This document shows positions 48,528 to 61,540 of a stretch of 64,000 bases of DNA, piece after piece. The DNA is taken from assembly GCF_025526975.1 (NCBI RefSeq), contig NW_026515701.1, positions 124,001 to 188,000 on the forward strand. Direction: 5' to 3'. The number at the start of each line of letters is the position of its first letter. Position 1 is the stretch's first letter. Below the pieces are notes generated by a model, which made no database searches, had not been told where the DNA came from, and saw nothing but the letters and a program-made list of their open reading frames with translations. Origin of the DNA: Fimicolochytrium jonesii (lineage: Eukaryota). Position numbers and translations under genes: made by a program.

Positions 48528-51500
48528 TCACTCCTCCGTTTGACCGATACCTCGTCGTATCTCCCCTGTACAATCGATCGTAAAAATATGCGCCTCCGTA
48601 GTGATTTGGAGTGTTTCCTTGATCCGCACGCTCTCCGTTTCTATTGATAACGTCTTAGGACTCGGCCGTACTTTGATCTCGGCCTTCATTCCCGGGGCAA
48701 CCTGTCGGAAGATATGCTATCTCATTGATCTGATCCGGATGGGGAACTTATGAAACGCTGTTGGTACATACCGGTCCTTTCTTATAGGTCAGCACCAAAC
48801 AGGTGTCAGCGACCTGCTTAACCTTGAATCGCGCAGAGTTATTGCCAACATTGAGTAACGTCAGGGTCATCTCCGGAATGGGGCTTGCGTCTGCCGTAAA
48901 TGGGCCAAAGTGTATGCGGGTGGGATGGATCTCAAAGATCCCGAGATTAATGAGCGCTACAAATTGGATGAAGGATAATCAGAATCAAAATAGCTTTAAT
49001 ACAGCCCTTGGGAAAACGGAAGGCGGTATAGAGGGAAGCGATGCTGTATCTCAACTAGACTCACCTTCCTTGTCCTTGGCTCTGAGCACCGCGGTCGATG
49101 CGGTGCGCACCTGCCTTCCTGCCTCTAACTCAGCCTCCAAGTATTTCGAATTTGAAACGGCAGGCCCTTTGCTACTCTTCAGGACAGACGGCAACCCGAC
49201 TTTACCCTTCCGTGGACGGCCAAGGACGTCCCTTCGAAGTGGGGATCCTGGCTGGGGCTTTGATTGACGTGCCTCGAAAATCTCCGTTTGGTGTGGCTAG
49301 AATTGCAAAATGATGGCATCAGAATAAGAGATTGCCGAACGATGATCCTGTCCTCGGTGGCCATTACCTCGGATTTCACCTCGGCTTTGCGCTTCGTCTC
49401 TTTACTTGATGAAGGTCGGGGCTCTGAGGCCGTCGGCTCTTTGTTCTTCAGGCCTTCCGCCTCAGGCAAAACTTGTTCGGCAGGAACATTGGCCGCCTCT
49501 GCTGCAGAACCCTGGATAGCATGGAAATTTTAATCGGCTTATGCGTTTGCAGGCAATAAAGTAAGCGAGCTGCTCACCTTGATTTCCTCATACTCAGGGC
49601 TTCTAAAGTAATTTGGCAGCTCTTCGTCCTGGATGATCCTATGCAGCGTCCTCCCTTTCGTTTTCACCTTTGTCTTGCCGACTGCTTGGGTGTTTGCATC
49701 GTCGGCTGAGGCAGATGGTATGATGTCTTTCTCCTCGAGCGCATATTTACGCTTGATTAGTTCCTCTGTTTCTTTGCGGTCGAGGCCCAGGACACCTGTC
49801 CGATTCGTTGAGGACGTTCTGGCGGACGTGTTGTTGTAAATGGAGGATCGCGGATCAGGCTTCTCGGATGCGGATGCGGAAGTAGATGACTCTTCAAGAT
49901 GAGCGAGAAGACTTGGATCGAGAGCCTCGTTGGGGTGAGCGTGACGAGTAATCTTGAGAGTTTTCAAGTTAGGACATCATGTGACGCAGAACGGCATATC
50001 GGAGCTCCCACCTGTCGATGCCTAATGACTTTGTGTACGAAGTTACGTGAACGTGTTTGCGGTTCCGCCGCCGCATCTCCGTCGATAATGAATGACACTG
50101 CCCGTGACGAAGGCCGCCCGACCAGGCCTTCCTCCGTGATCCTCACGTGTGGCTTCTGGGCCTGTTCCTGGAAGAACGCAGCAACGTCTGAATCACGTAG
50201 GAATTGCGATCCTTCGCCCGATGTTCGCAACACGAACAGTCGGGGGGCATTGCTAATCTTGTCGGCAGACTCCCGTAGAACTATTTTCTTGTTTGTGATG
50301 TACTTTGAATGCTCGCCCTCTCTCGCTTCCGATTTGGTAATCGAAACGGGTTTTGTGGCATCGACATGGAAAACATTCCCCGCTTTGTCTGTGCTGGCTA
50401 TGGAACCTTCAGCCCAGTTCATATCGTATGTTGTCCCGACGCGGCTGAGGTTACTTTCTGCAGAGGAGAGGGTAGCTGTTCCATCGGTAGATATCGTAAC
50501 AATATCTTCTCCTTTCTGTAATCGAAACGTGATCTTTTCGCCGCCTTGGTCTTCAATTCGCTCGATTACGGCCCCATTGGTCAAGTCGATGACGCTTCTG
50601 CGGGCAAAAATGTCCAGCGTAATGACAGCAAATCCGTCCGCCTTGACATTGATCTTCTTTGCCTGTACCACCCCTTGTTGACCCGCAACTGATCCGGTCA
50701 CGGTGATGGCCGTCCCTAAGGCATGTTTGATGACTAGCTCTTCGTCACTTTTAACAATTGTGACCATGTCCTGCCTCGTAATGATACTGCGTCCAGTCAC
50801 CATATCCTTTTCTTCGCACACCTTGATGCTCGTATGGGTGTGCTGTGGTTGATTGTCGTCAGAGGGTTTTGTAATCACACGGGATCCATCGTTTCGGGTA
50901 CTTGTCCAATCGCCCGCCAAGCCTTGTATGGATACGCTGCCGTCCGGGAATAAAATTCGGGTCTCCCCATTTTGGAGATATTTGATTACCGTTCCCTATT
51001 AAGCGCATAAACTATTAGTTGCCATGGAATCGGTCTTTTCGATTGCGAGATCACATACGCACGTCAGGTCGGATGTGTCGCCCAAACTCCCCAAACGATC
51101 CTTTCGAAAATGACCGCTTTCGAGCAGCGTTTAGTTTCTGTGTAATCCCCCCTTGTGCATCCCACGCTACAGTTTGTCCGTCGGGCGTAGAGACATGCAC
51201 CGTTGCGGATGAGCCAGGCCCTTCCGAAATGAACGACATGACAGATCCGTCATTGAAGGATGCGATGAGCTCGGTTTTGCCATTGCTTTTCCCTCGTCGC
51301 CAGGACAGCATCCCGCTATCCCAGTGAATGCTGAGGCAGGTGTCTAACGATAACATACGCTCGGTTACCGAGCATGACCTTCATTCTTCATGTGCCATTT
51401 CAGAACCCACGTACCAGTTGTTCCTTCCCTCGCCCTCAATCGCTCGTGCTTGATATACCCCTCCGCGGTGGGATAAACATAGTGATTGCTCTCTTCAAAC

Positions 51501-53831
51501 TCCAGCACGCGATCGCCCACTGAATACACATATGGGGAGCTGGTAGCAGTTTCATGCTGCAGTAGCTTGGGTTGACTTTGGTGCAATTGGGCAAAGAGTC
51601 CAAAGCCAACCTTTGTTCTCGCCTACAAAGCATGTGAGTTTATATTGAGTATAGCAGAGTACGTGGAACAAGATTCAGCGATGCGAACCTGGAACGTGCT
51701 ATGGCGATTAGCTTCCAAAGCACCGGCGGCCCCTGGACCCGTTAACGCTATTAGAACTCCGTTTTCTCGGTCACTGTAACGGATTCGCGTCACCGGATAT
51801 GTCACTCTGGTAGTCTCTAAAACCTTCACTTCCATCAGTTATGTTCCGCAGTCGAGAGAGGCCCCCAATATGCTTACCTGCGCAAATGCATCTTCATCAA
51901 GGCTCTCAATACAGGTCCAATCTCGTAGGCTAGTGATTGAGGATGCCTTAGATTCCGAAAGCAAAGTTTCGAATTCCTTCTGCCGCAGAAGGCGATTTGC
52001 TTCTTCCGTGTCCTGGATCGTCGCCCCTTTTACTGACTGGATTCTAGATGCCCAAACGAGCTGGTCGCGGACAGCAGCTCCAGGATTCATCACCCCCGTC
52101 TCGTTTAACCGACGAATTGCGGACATCAGTCGCCCAGCCGTGAAGTTTTTACGGAGGTCGGCTAGGGCAGCGCTGATGTGAAATTCCTCGTTCGGCGCAG
52201 GCCGCATTAGACTGGTGATTGCGGCATGCGAGTCTGCCCATGAACATCTATCCGGTCAAAGGTATGATCAGCAACGAGTCATAGAGGAGAATGAGGAAGG
52301 TAATGCCTACACTGGTCGGGCAGTGCTCTGATCGTCCACCATCACGTCCTTCCCTTCTCCTTCCTCCCGCGTCGGTATCAGATTAGAGGAAGCCGTCTCG
52401 AAGTATCTCTTCAAAGCCTGAATCTCTTCCGCCTTCGCTGGTAACACCACACCCGGGCTGCCCCCTTCTTCGCCCTTGCTAGGTGCCATTCTTGCCACTT
52501 GCTCCAACATCAGGGCAAGGAGCACGTCACTGTTGATCATTGGCTCGCTGGGAACGGAGGTCATGAGATAGTCAAAGTAGCGTAAGCTGCTGTACAACTT
52601 GGTCTCCTCTAGTTCGGGTATGGATATGATGCGGTCGTTGGAATAAAAAGACTCGTAGATGTTTCGCACTTCGAGGAGTTTGTAGATCTCTTTGGCCGCC
52701 ACATCGAAAACATCGGTGTCCTCGGGGAGATTTGAAGTGGCTATGGAGCGAAATGGTACGTTTTTCCATAGGGATGATTCGGGGGCAGCCCTCGCTACGG
52801 GCCATGCCGATCCACGCCGCGATCCGACGCCGGAATCCGGGCTTCCCCCATCTCCCGGCCGTTGTCCCTCGCTCCCATTGGAGTCGTCCAAAGTGAGGAA
52901 GAGATTCAACTGCACCCCATTCTCATCCATCAAACATGTGTAAAATCCAGGCGTTGGGAAGTCCCGGAGTAGATAATACGCATCTGGACCATTCTCCGGC
53001 TCGTCTCCGATGGCAGTCGGCTTGGTATCGGTCTTCACCACACCTCGATCCCGAAGTTTGTTCTTCCTCAGAGACGTTTCTGGCGCGGCACGAGCAGATT
53101 CTGGTCGTGATGGCGCCTCTTGCTGCTTGTTGGAAGCGCCTACAAAGGTTTCGCATATCATCAGATGGCGCCCTGTCATGGCCATGGTTCTTACAAGCAT
53201 CATACCTTTGGTGACTTTCTTGTTGGACGATTTGGCGCGGTCTTTCTCGCTCGCCTTCTCCTTTTCTTTTTCCTTCTCTTTCTCTTTGTCGTCCTTCTTT
53301 GCCGGCTTGCCTTTGGCTGCATCCGCTGGCTCCGGTACTGGGGCTGAAGTCTCCGCTGTCTCCTGATCAAATATATTGGTTCAGCACTGCGCTCTATGAT
53401 TTGGATACATCCGGATGTATCCGGCAAAACTCTACCTTCGCAACTTTGGCAGCATTCCTTTGCTCTATCCCTTCCAACTTCAGAGCGAGCAGCTTCATCT
53501 TGACTAGACGAGCCAGTAACGCGTCAGGAATCTCAGCTTGTGCCCCGCCACTGTCCAGAATTGCTTTGACTTCCTTGCATGTGTCGTAATTTTTGGCATT
53601 CTCCCCTGCCTGAAATGTTGGATTGTGAGCTTGGCAGTTCTGTTTTGGGCATTCAGCTAGCAGATCAACCCTTCCTACCCACGCAAGCGCCGCGGCCTTT
53701 GACAGTACGGAAAACCGTTGCCGGGTTCCATTAGCAACCAGATCGTAGAAGCTATTCCATTTCTTGGCATTCTGGCCGTCTTCATCTAGATCCAATGCAA
53801 AGATGTAGGCTTGCCAGGTGTCCTGTATCAT
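48528..53831 (-). CDS. SPAG17: SPAG17/PF6-like flagellar central-pair protein; multi-exon
   Basis: IPDALLARLVKMKLL, GPDAYYLLRDF, YSVGDRVLEFEESNHYVYP, RHIRPDGTVIKYLQNGETRILFPDGSVS, APRLFVLRTSGEGSQFL, C-terminal ASH/PapD-like domain (GPVAPGMKAEIKV). Confidence 0.78.
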
Positions 53832-53930
53832 TTTCGCATCAAGGTCATTTGATGGTCCTGATCACAGCAGTGTGCCTGAGTAGAAATACTCACATCGCAG
53901 AGTGGGGAATTGGGAAGCGGAGTCGTTACG

Positions 53931-53944
53931 GTTGCCGAGGCTAC
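53931..53944 (-). promoter_or_regulatory. RFX X-box motif
   Basis: Minus strand reads GTAGCC-TC-GGCAAC, matching GTNRCC-N0-3-RGYAAC. Confidence 0.5.
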
Positions 53945-54079
53945 TTTGTCATTCCTCCCCATTTTGCAGACTCTCGTTTAGCCCACGAGTCTTGACGATT
54001 CTTGGTTATATATCGGTCAAAACGCCGATGGACCCCCAGTACCCAAATGTCACAATTGGCAAAACGATCCCCGCCCGAT

Positions 54080-54092
54080 ACGCGTCACGCGT
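54080..54092. promoter_or_regulatory. Tandem MCB (ACGCGT) elements
   Basis: ACGCGT-C-ACGCGT about 130 bp upstream of the kinase ATG. Confidence 0.5.
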
Positions 54093-54222
54093 TTTCAAGT
54101 GTTCTCGTCAGGAAAGGCGGACGGGACAGACGGTCTCGATTTCAAGGCTGTGAGGGTGCCATCTTCCCGAACATAGGGCTCCGACAAGGCAACGGCTAGT
54201 GCCTGCCAAAGACTCTGACGAC

Positions 54223-56537
54223 ATGTCCTGCAACGCGCCGAGTCAAGCCGCTCCGTACGACCCGTCCTGCAGCGCCCCGACGCAACTCCCACCGGTCGAT
54301 CCCACAAGCATTGGGTCGCCGCCAGAAGAATGGTGGGGTCGTCTGGCGCGCCTAGACGGTTTGGAAGGTGCGTTGAGATAAGTCTCCAGCTACCTGATGT
54401 TGGTTGGGTATACTCCGCGAAGTTCTCAACTCGTTTCTCTTCTAAGAGGATCCTCTCCTGTTGCTTGAAACGAAGAGTGTATATAGTTTCGGAAGTGGGC
54501 GTAAAGGCGAAAGTTGCGACTTTCTCCTAGACGGCATAGCTGTGTCCTCGCAGGTAGAGAGAGGCAGGGAAAGAAAGCCTTAGATCACCTCATGGGTTGA
54601 GAACTTATCATTGCATGCAGCATTTTTGCATATCACGCACAAGGGAAGCCGACGGCACATATACGATTCTCATCAATGATCTATCGCTGAACGGAACATT
54701 CCTCAACGGGGAAAGTCTGGGCAAATCAAAGAGTCGGGCACTTTTTCACGGAGATATAATAACCTGCGGAGAGCATGAATTCATCTTTCAGCACCGGAGC
54801 AAAGTAGAGGGCTCCCTAGCCGCGAATGCGAAATTTCAGAACCTTTATCGACTTGGACAGGAGCTTGGAAGGGGCAACTTCTCAGTAGTTCGCCTGGGCG
54901 TGGACAAGATGAATGGACAAGAGTTCGCAGTAAAGATAATCGACAAGAGGCGATTCGCGGGAAATGCGAAAGTACTCGAGGCGCTAATACAAGAGGTGCT
55001 GATCATGAAAAGCCTGGAACATCCGAACGTGGTGCAATTGCAAGAGGCATTCGAAATTGATTCAACCTCGTTCATCGTGATGGAACTACTAGAAGGTGGT
55101 GACCTCCTGCAGTACATTGGAGCGCAGAAGCATCTGGTCGAGCCTGATGCCCGACGGCTTTTTAAACAGATGATTGCTGCGGTCGAATATCTCCATCAAC
55201 TTGAAATCATTCATCGAGACTTGAAGCCGGAAAACTTCCTGCTGACGAAAGATCACAAGACGCTCAAACTGTCGGATTTCGGCCTTGCCAGAGCGGCCGG
55301 AATCGAAAACTTCACCACGGTCTGTGGGACGCCGGCGTACATTGCCCCGGAGATTCTCAAGGGCACTGGACGGTACGACGGTCGTGTTGACATTTACAGT
55401 CTCGGAGCGATCCTGTACTTCATGCTGTCGGGGGAAATCCCACCAGACGGTGCCAGCCAACAAAGTCCTTCAACGATGTCGCAGTTCTCCGAAACGGCAG
55501 CTGCACTCATCAAGGAGGCCATGCACCCGGACCCTGTGCGCCGCATCACTCTCCGAAGTATGGCAACCCACCCTTGGATCGAAGATAGACCAATGCCGCT
55601 GGTAGCGTCTACAATGCCAGATACATTTCGTCGGCCCATCGATATTACGGCGTGGGCCACTCTCCGGACTGAATCGGGCACTGAACATAAATTATTCAAA
55701 AACACCTACACAATTGGGCGCGGCAAAGATGTTGACCTGCGCGTGGTCAACGATCTGCGAGTGTCAAGCTTGCATTGCAAAATCTGCAAACGGGAGGATG
55801 GGGAGGCAATTCTGGAAGACCATAGCGTCAACGGTGTCAGGGTGAATGGCATGCGTATTGGAAAGGGCGGGTCTGCCAAGCTGGTAGATGGAGATTTGTT
55901 GCTCTTGGTACCGGAGATAATCAATGGGCCTGCCATTGTATACACGTTCGCACAACCCTCTGGATCAGGGGCAAGAAAAAGACCGGCAGAGGACAACTCT
56001 GAAAGTCCAAACAAAAGGCTAGCTGCAGACCTACCAACGTATACCTTCACCGACCGCCGAGTCAGCGCCTCTCCGAGATACACGCCCCTCTCAGAAATCG
56101 GCTATCTGACGTCTCTCTCCGCCCCTTCAGAATTCCCACCCGACGTCGCCCTCAGTTCCGCCCCACTGCGGATAGGGCGACGACCAGATAATGATGTTCT
56201 CCTAAGTAACATCGGGATCAGTTCTGTGCATTGTATCATCACCCCGAGCGCTGCGAATGACGATGGAAGGAATAAGGTGTGGCTGGAAGATCTAAGCCGG
56301 AACGGAATGTTCCTCAACGGACGGAAACTCGGCAAGGGTGTGAAAGTCGAACTTGTAGACGGTGACGAAGTGGAACTCGTTCGAATCAAGGATGGTGCGT
56401 CTCCTATTCTCGCAGTCTGCCCGTGACGAGAGGCGTTGCCGTTTCGTTCAGCCGCAGATTCCTAACATTGATCGTTGCACAACGTGACAGATCCACTCTA
56501 TGGGTTCCGCTTCCATAATCCATCACGAAGGCATTGA
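54223..56537 (+). CDS. Chk2/Rad53/Cds1-like Ser/Thr kinase with three FHA domains; 4 exons
   Basis: N-terminal SQ and TQ, FHA1, kinase (GRGNFS, AVK, HRDLKPEN, DFG, CGTPAYIAPE), FHA2, FHA3; last exon 56491-56537 after a CTAAC branch point supplies the final strand LYGFRF. Confidence 0.88.
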
Positions 56538-57749
56538 GGATCTTCAGCTCTCGGTCCGAGCGGAAAGAATAGATCACCTCACGAGAGAAAGGCGTAGAGA
56601 TAGCGTAATGTAGCGTGCCTTCTTTTGATTCGGTATCGGGCGATGCTTTCGCCGAAACTTCGTGAAATCGCATCTGAGGCCCATGCATTTGAAGCCCATG
56701 CATGCCAGCCCCGTCTCCCGTCACTCTGAGCCAGCTCTTTCGCAGTCCAAATTCCCGCGCTAAGTCCACATCAACGTGTGAACAAGGCGTCTGAACGAAG
56801 AAGTTCACATTGGCAAAATAATTTACAAGGAATCCGGACGGCGACGCCGGGGGGGTGATAGTGTGAAGATGTACAAAAAGGATGGTCTGCTCGGAGCAGC
56901 AACGAGGAGTCGACAGGAGATCTACAGCTGCTTATTTCGCCGTGCTTTCGCGAGCCAGTTGTTCATTTCTAATGTCGATGCTGAAGAAGTCTCGGTCTTT
57001 TTCTGTGCGATGTATTCCGTGTCAGCCATGGCGTTTCACGAGAAAGCCAAGCATTCGGCTCCCGTACCTGTGTAGCCATGCAAGTCATCAGAGCGGCTGC
57101 TGTTTCCGCACACGCTGGTGCATCGACGGCTAAGGCTCTCCTACATAAACCAACGAAAGTACGTCAACGTCCATCACTTCCCGGCGGCGTTGCCTCCAGG
57201 ACTGAACGTACCAGCAATTGAACAGCGTGGCCACCTCCACCGCACAAGGCGTTGCCTTCTGCACCTTTGGCGGCCGTAAGAGCACGGGCTTCTTTAGTCT
57301 ATCAAGCGTCCGCATGGCTGTTGGTGTTGCAGCGATCTCCACCCGCAACTCACAGCGCGGCACTTCCCCCAACACGCCGAAATCCATCCGTGGCTGGCAG
57401 TGGCGCAGGGTGGCGCTGCATTGACAGTGCCGTCAACTCGTAGCTTGATATTTCTGACCTTTTCTCGCATCGTCCTGCCAGACGAAGAAATACGCAGATG
57501 ACTGCGCAAGCAGCGCCGTATATCCAGTCTCCTTTTCCAGGACCACTAACATGCTATACAGCGTAGATATCGGGCGTTCATCCACTCAGGGCCTGAGCGC
57601 AAGATACGGCGTAGGTCGTCCGATGATGCCCGCCTTGCAGTCGACCCCATGTTGGGCACATATCGCAATAAATGCATCGTTCTATTTTCTCTCACGGCTG
57701 ACAGGATTGAGGAGGGGAGGAGGCACTTGAAGTATGTGATTTGCTGCAC
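56404..57749 (-). pseudogene. Possible decayed gene of unknown family
   Basis: Chain of protein-like minus-strand reading frames interrupted by stops; no recognisable motif. Confidence 0.25.
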
Positions 57750-57969
57750 TGCCTCTTTGGACCCTGGGGTCGTGTTTTATCCGCCGTCTCCGCCGTGCTG
57801 CGGATAGAAGTTCCGCTCACGTCACGAGCAGACCGGCTCCAGGCGCTACAGTACATAAAAACTAACCGAGTCCCATGCCCCTCTTGCAAAACAACTCCAT
57901 CGAGCTCAACACCGCATAAGCTTCGTATCACTCTTCCTCCAACCAGACCCGCCCGACGTTGCCGTAGCT

Positions 57970-59507
57970 ATGACTATCACACGGTCCGCGAGCAAAAAGG
58001 CCATCACGGCACCAGCGAGACCAGTCTTAACGAAACGAGAGGATTCCGGGTTGGGCTTGGTTGTGCGAAAGCGGAAAGCCCGGGACGTGAAGAAGGTTGC
58101 GGACGAGGTAGAGGTGAAGGAAGAGAGGCCGGCGAAGAAAGTCAGGACATCGAGAGTCAAAAAGGAGAACGGGGATTCCGACGCGGAAGTGAAACTCGAA
58201 AAAGCAGTGAAGAAGACTCGCAAAATAGTGTCAAAGACAGATCCAGACGCTGCCTTAGACCCCGCCGCCGCCAAAAAGCGAGCCACAGCCTCCGTCACCC
58301 GCAAAGAACGCCAAATCGCCTCCCTCGGGCTCGACCCCTTCCCCACCTTTCCACACCCGAGCGCTGAGGTAGCGCAAGCCGTCAACGCGGCGCTGGTGAA
58401 GCTGCACGGCCGTCCCCGCCGACCAGTGAAGGCGCCGCCGTCGGCAGAGGTGACGGACAGTTCTGCGGCGTGTGGTCAGGTGCAGTCGGTTGTGGAGGCG
58501 CTTGTGAGGACGATTTTGAGCCAGAACACGACGAATGCGAATAGTTCGAAGGCTTGGAGAGCGTTGGCTAATAGGTTCCGGCCGAGGCGGAAGAAGGAGT
58601 CGAATGAAGAGGATGTGAAGAATGATGAGGCCAAGATACCCGTGGCAAGCGTAGACCCCGACGAAGCCGATCGCTGGGACCAGATCCTCTTCGCTCCAGT
58701 TGAAGATGTCGCAGACGCGATCCGATGCGGCGGTTTGGCCAACAACAAAGCCAAGTCAATCCACAACATGTTGCGTGACGTTAAGGACAAGTACGGCGTC
58801 GTGTCGCTTGATCATCTGCATGGGAAGAGCGATGAGGATGCTATGAGGGAGCTGGTGGGGTTTAGTGGCGTGGGGCCCAAGACTGCGTATGTATCTGAGC
58901 AAGAGGGTGGATCGCATAATGAATCAGTGTGTCTCACGAACGTATGTGTGATCTAGGAGCTGCGTCCTCCTCTTCTGCCTCCGCCGCGAATCCTTCGCGG
59001 TCGATACCCATGTCTACCGCATCTCGCGGGCTCTAAACTGGGTGCCGCAAAAGGCAAATAGGGAGCAGGCACAGGCCCATCTTGATGTTCGAATACCTGA
59101 GGATATCAAGTAAGTGTTGGGTGTCCACTTCCTTTGCTGTTGCGTTACACGCCCTGATCAATCCTCCCATAAAACCCAGACACTCGCTCCACTGCCTCCT
59201 CGTAACCCACGGCAAATCCTGCAAGGACTGCGCCGCCAACGGCCGCTTATCCAAGCCCGATAGCGGGCCGTGCCCCTTAATCCCGTTCCTACGCGGCGCG
59301 CGGAAGGGCGCTCAGGGTGAGGGTGGGGATGTACCACCTGAGCCGAGCGATGAGACGGGTGCGGAGGGGATGGAGGAGAGTAGGGCTGATGAGGAGGTTG
59401 TGGGTGCTGATGGAGAGGTCAAGGAAGAGGAGGATGTGAAGGGCGTGGTGGATGCGGAAACTGAGGACGAACATCTGAAGGAGGAGCATGGATACCATGG
59501 GTTATAG
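57970..59507 (+). CDS. HhH-GPD superfamily DNA glycosylase (endonuclease III-like); 3 exons
   Basis: TILSQNT, IRCGGLANNKAKSI, HhH GVGPKTA, FAVDTHVYRI, HGKSCKDC...CPL. Confidence 0.92.
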
Positions 59508-59822
59508 ACTTCAGTTAGTTGCTTTCATGAGCTTCAACTGCACATGCAGGCAGATCGGGAAAGCAAACCCCCAATCCCCGGACAATATTCATGGGTAAGG
59601 TCAATGAAATAAATACAGTTCTGCCCTACTTACAATGGTGGGACTATGTAATTAGATGGCAGGGGAGGAAATGAAAACAAGAAAAGAGCGCTTGTGCGTC
59701 CAGCGACAGCTCATGTGAGTCGTGCTCAACAATCATACATCCGCTCGCAAAGGGATAACCTCTGCCATACCGCTATCGAACGGGATACGTCTACTCTACG
59801 CCAATGGGTACAGGGAGCTCGC

Positions 59823-61095
59823 TTACTGCTGCTTGACGACGGATTTCACGCCGGCGGCGTCGTTGTCCAATACCCGGTGGATCATGGGGATGAGTTGCTG
59901 GGCGACGGTGAAGGAGAAGACGAGCTTGGGGCCGACTACGAGAATCTTGGGTGTCAATCCCTATAACGCGCAAGAGGTGATTAGTGAGAAAAAATCCCGC
60001 ACAGTACTGGGCACTGTCCTTTTCGGCCCTTACCTTGAAGAAAGAGCCGAGTCCTTCCTTTGCGGCCATGTTCTTCAAGATGGTCCATCCTCCCTGTGCC
60101 TGTTCGCTCGACCGGGCCTGAATACGGGTCTTGATGACATCAAGCTGCATGGGACGAAGTCAGTATTTAGACTGTCATCCCAAATCCCGGGTGTACAGGC
60201 AGACCGACAGAACTTACGGGTGCAGAGATGGTGATACTGGCAACGGCGCCAGCAATGGAAGCAACAAAGTTCTGGAAGAACGTTGCCTTGGAGTAGTCCT
60301 CCAGCTTGAAGATGTGCTCCTTGGTTATCGCCGCTCCACCAAACAACGCGAACGATCCTGGCGCGTTCCTCGCCGCCGTCCATGTGGCACCCCTGTACAG
60401 TCCCCAACCCTCCTTTTTCACAATCTGGAAGACGTTCAATCCCGCGTAGTTTTGTGCGTTTGTCTGCATCTTGATCTTCAGAGCGTCCAATGGAAGCAGT
60501 ACAATCTCTCCGATTCCGACCAACGATCCTGCTGTGGCGTGCATGATGGTTTTGGAGTGCTTGTCTCCAAATACGGACTGGAAGCTGGACTTGTAGTTCT
60601 TGTTCAGGTAGTCGTTGACGAAAGGTTGTCCACCGAACTTGTACACACGCTGCATGACTTTGTAACCCGCGGCGAATCCAAGCCCTGGGAACAAGGAGAG
60701 GTACTTTGAGAATGTTCCCTTCTTTGCTGCATCCTGATAGATTGGAAAACGTGTAAGCTTCCAGGGATGTTCTTCGTCATGATTCCCGCGCCGTCCCGAA
60801 AACCTACCTTGAAGATCACTTCGTTCAAGATAGCTGAGGATTCGGCGAATGGCAAGCCGGAGACCTAAGACAAAGCGGACAGAGGGACGCAGTTTCAGTG
60901 TTGGCGACCGACCGTCACCTCGCAACCTTACCCCTGCGTCCTTTCCCTCACCTTCCGCTGGTTGTTCATGAGCCTCTTTGCGACGGTGTCGACAGGGTGG
61001 AAACCCAGAAGCTCAAGGATACCGGCCGTGCCGGACCCAACGACACGGGCGGTGGCGGACTCGTTTCCTTTTCCGGACGAAGGAGGGGGCGACAT
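59823..61095 (-). CDS. GGC1: Mitochondrial GTP/GDP carrier; multi-exon
   Basis: FHPVDTVAKRLM, SLFPGLGFAAGYKVMQRVYKFGGQP, TAARNAPGSFALFGG, GLTPKILVVGPKLVFSF. Confidence 0.94.
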
Positions 61096-61540
61096 TGCTG
61101 TGGTGGTGGAGGGGTGTCTGTTGCGTGGGGGTATAATGGGATTTATGGCAAGGGCAATGAGGGAGGACCACCACCTTTCGCCGAAGACCGGAAATCCCCG
61201 CACGAGAAAGAGAGATTTCCGAGGGCAAAAGGGGCGACGATCCGATGGATGGTGATCTTCTTATGATACGCGCTCAGTCCATTGACGCATGCTCTGACTC
61301 ATGCTGGTGGCCTCTTCCCTTCACGCACGTGACAGACGCTGACATGCGCGTGTTAATTATGGCGTTCTTTCTGCGCTGCAATCAATCACTCCCCTTCCTT
61401 CTCAAGAAACCATTTGGCAAAAAAAGTCGCTCTCCGCTCGCTCTATCCCGGGCTGGTCATTACCCTCGTCTCCCTCCCTCCCTCCACACAAGTGACCACT
61501 CTATCCCCTTCCACCGTCTCCAACAGCCACAAGCACAGAT

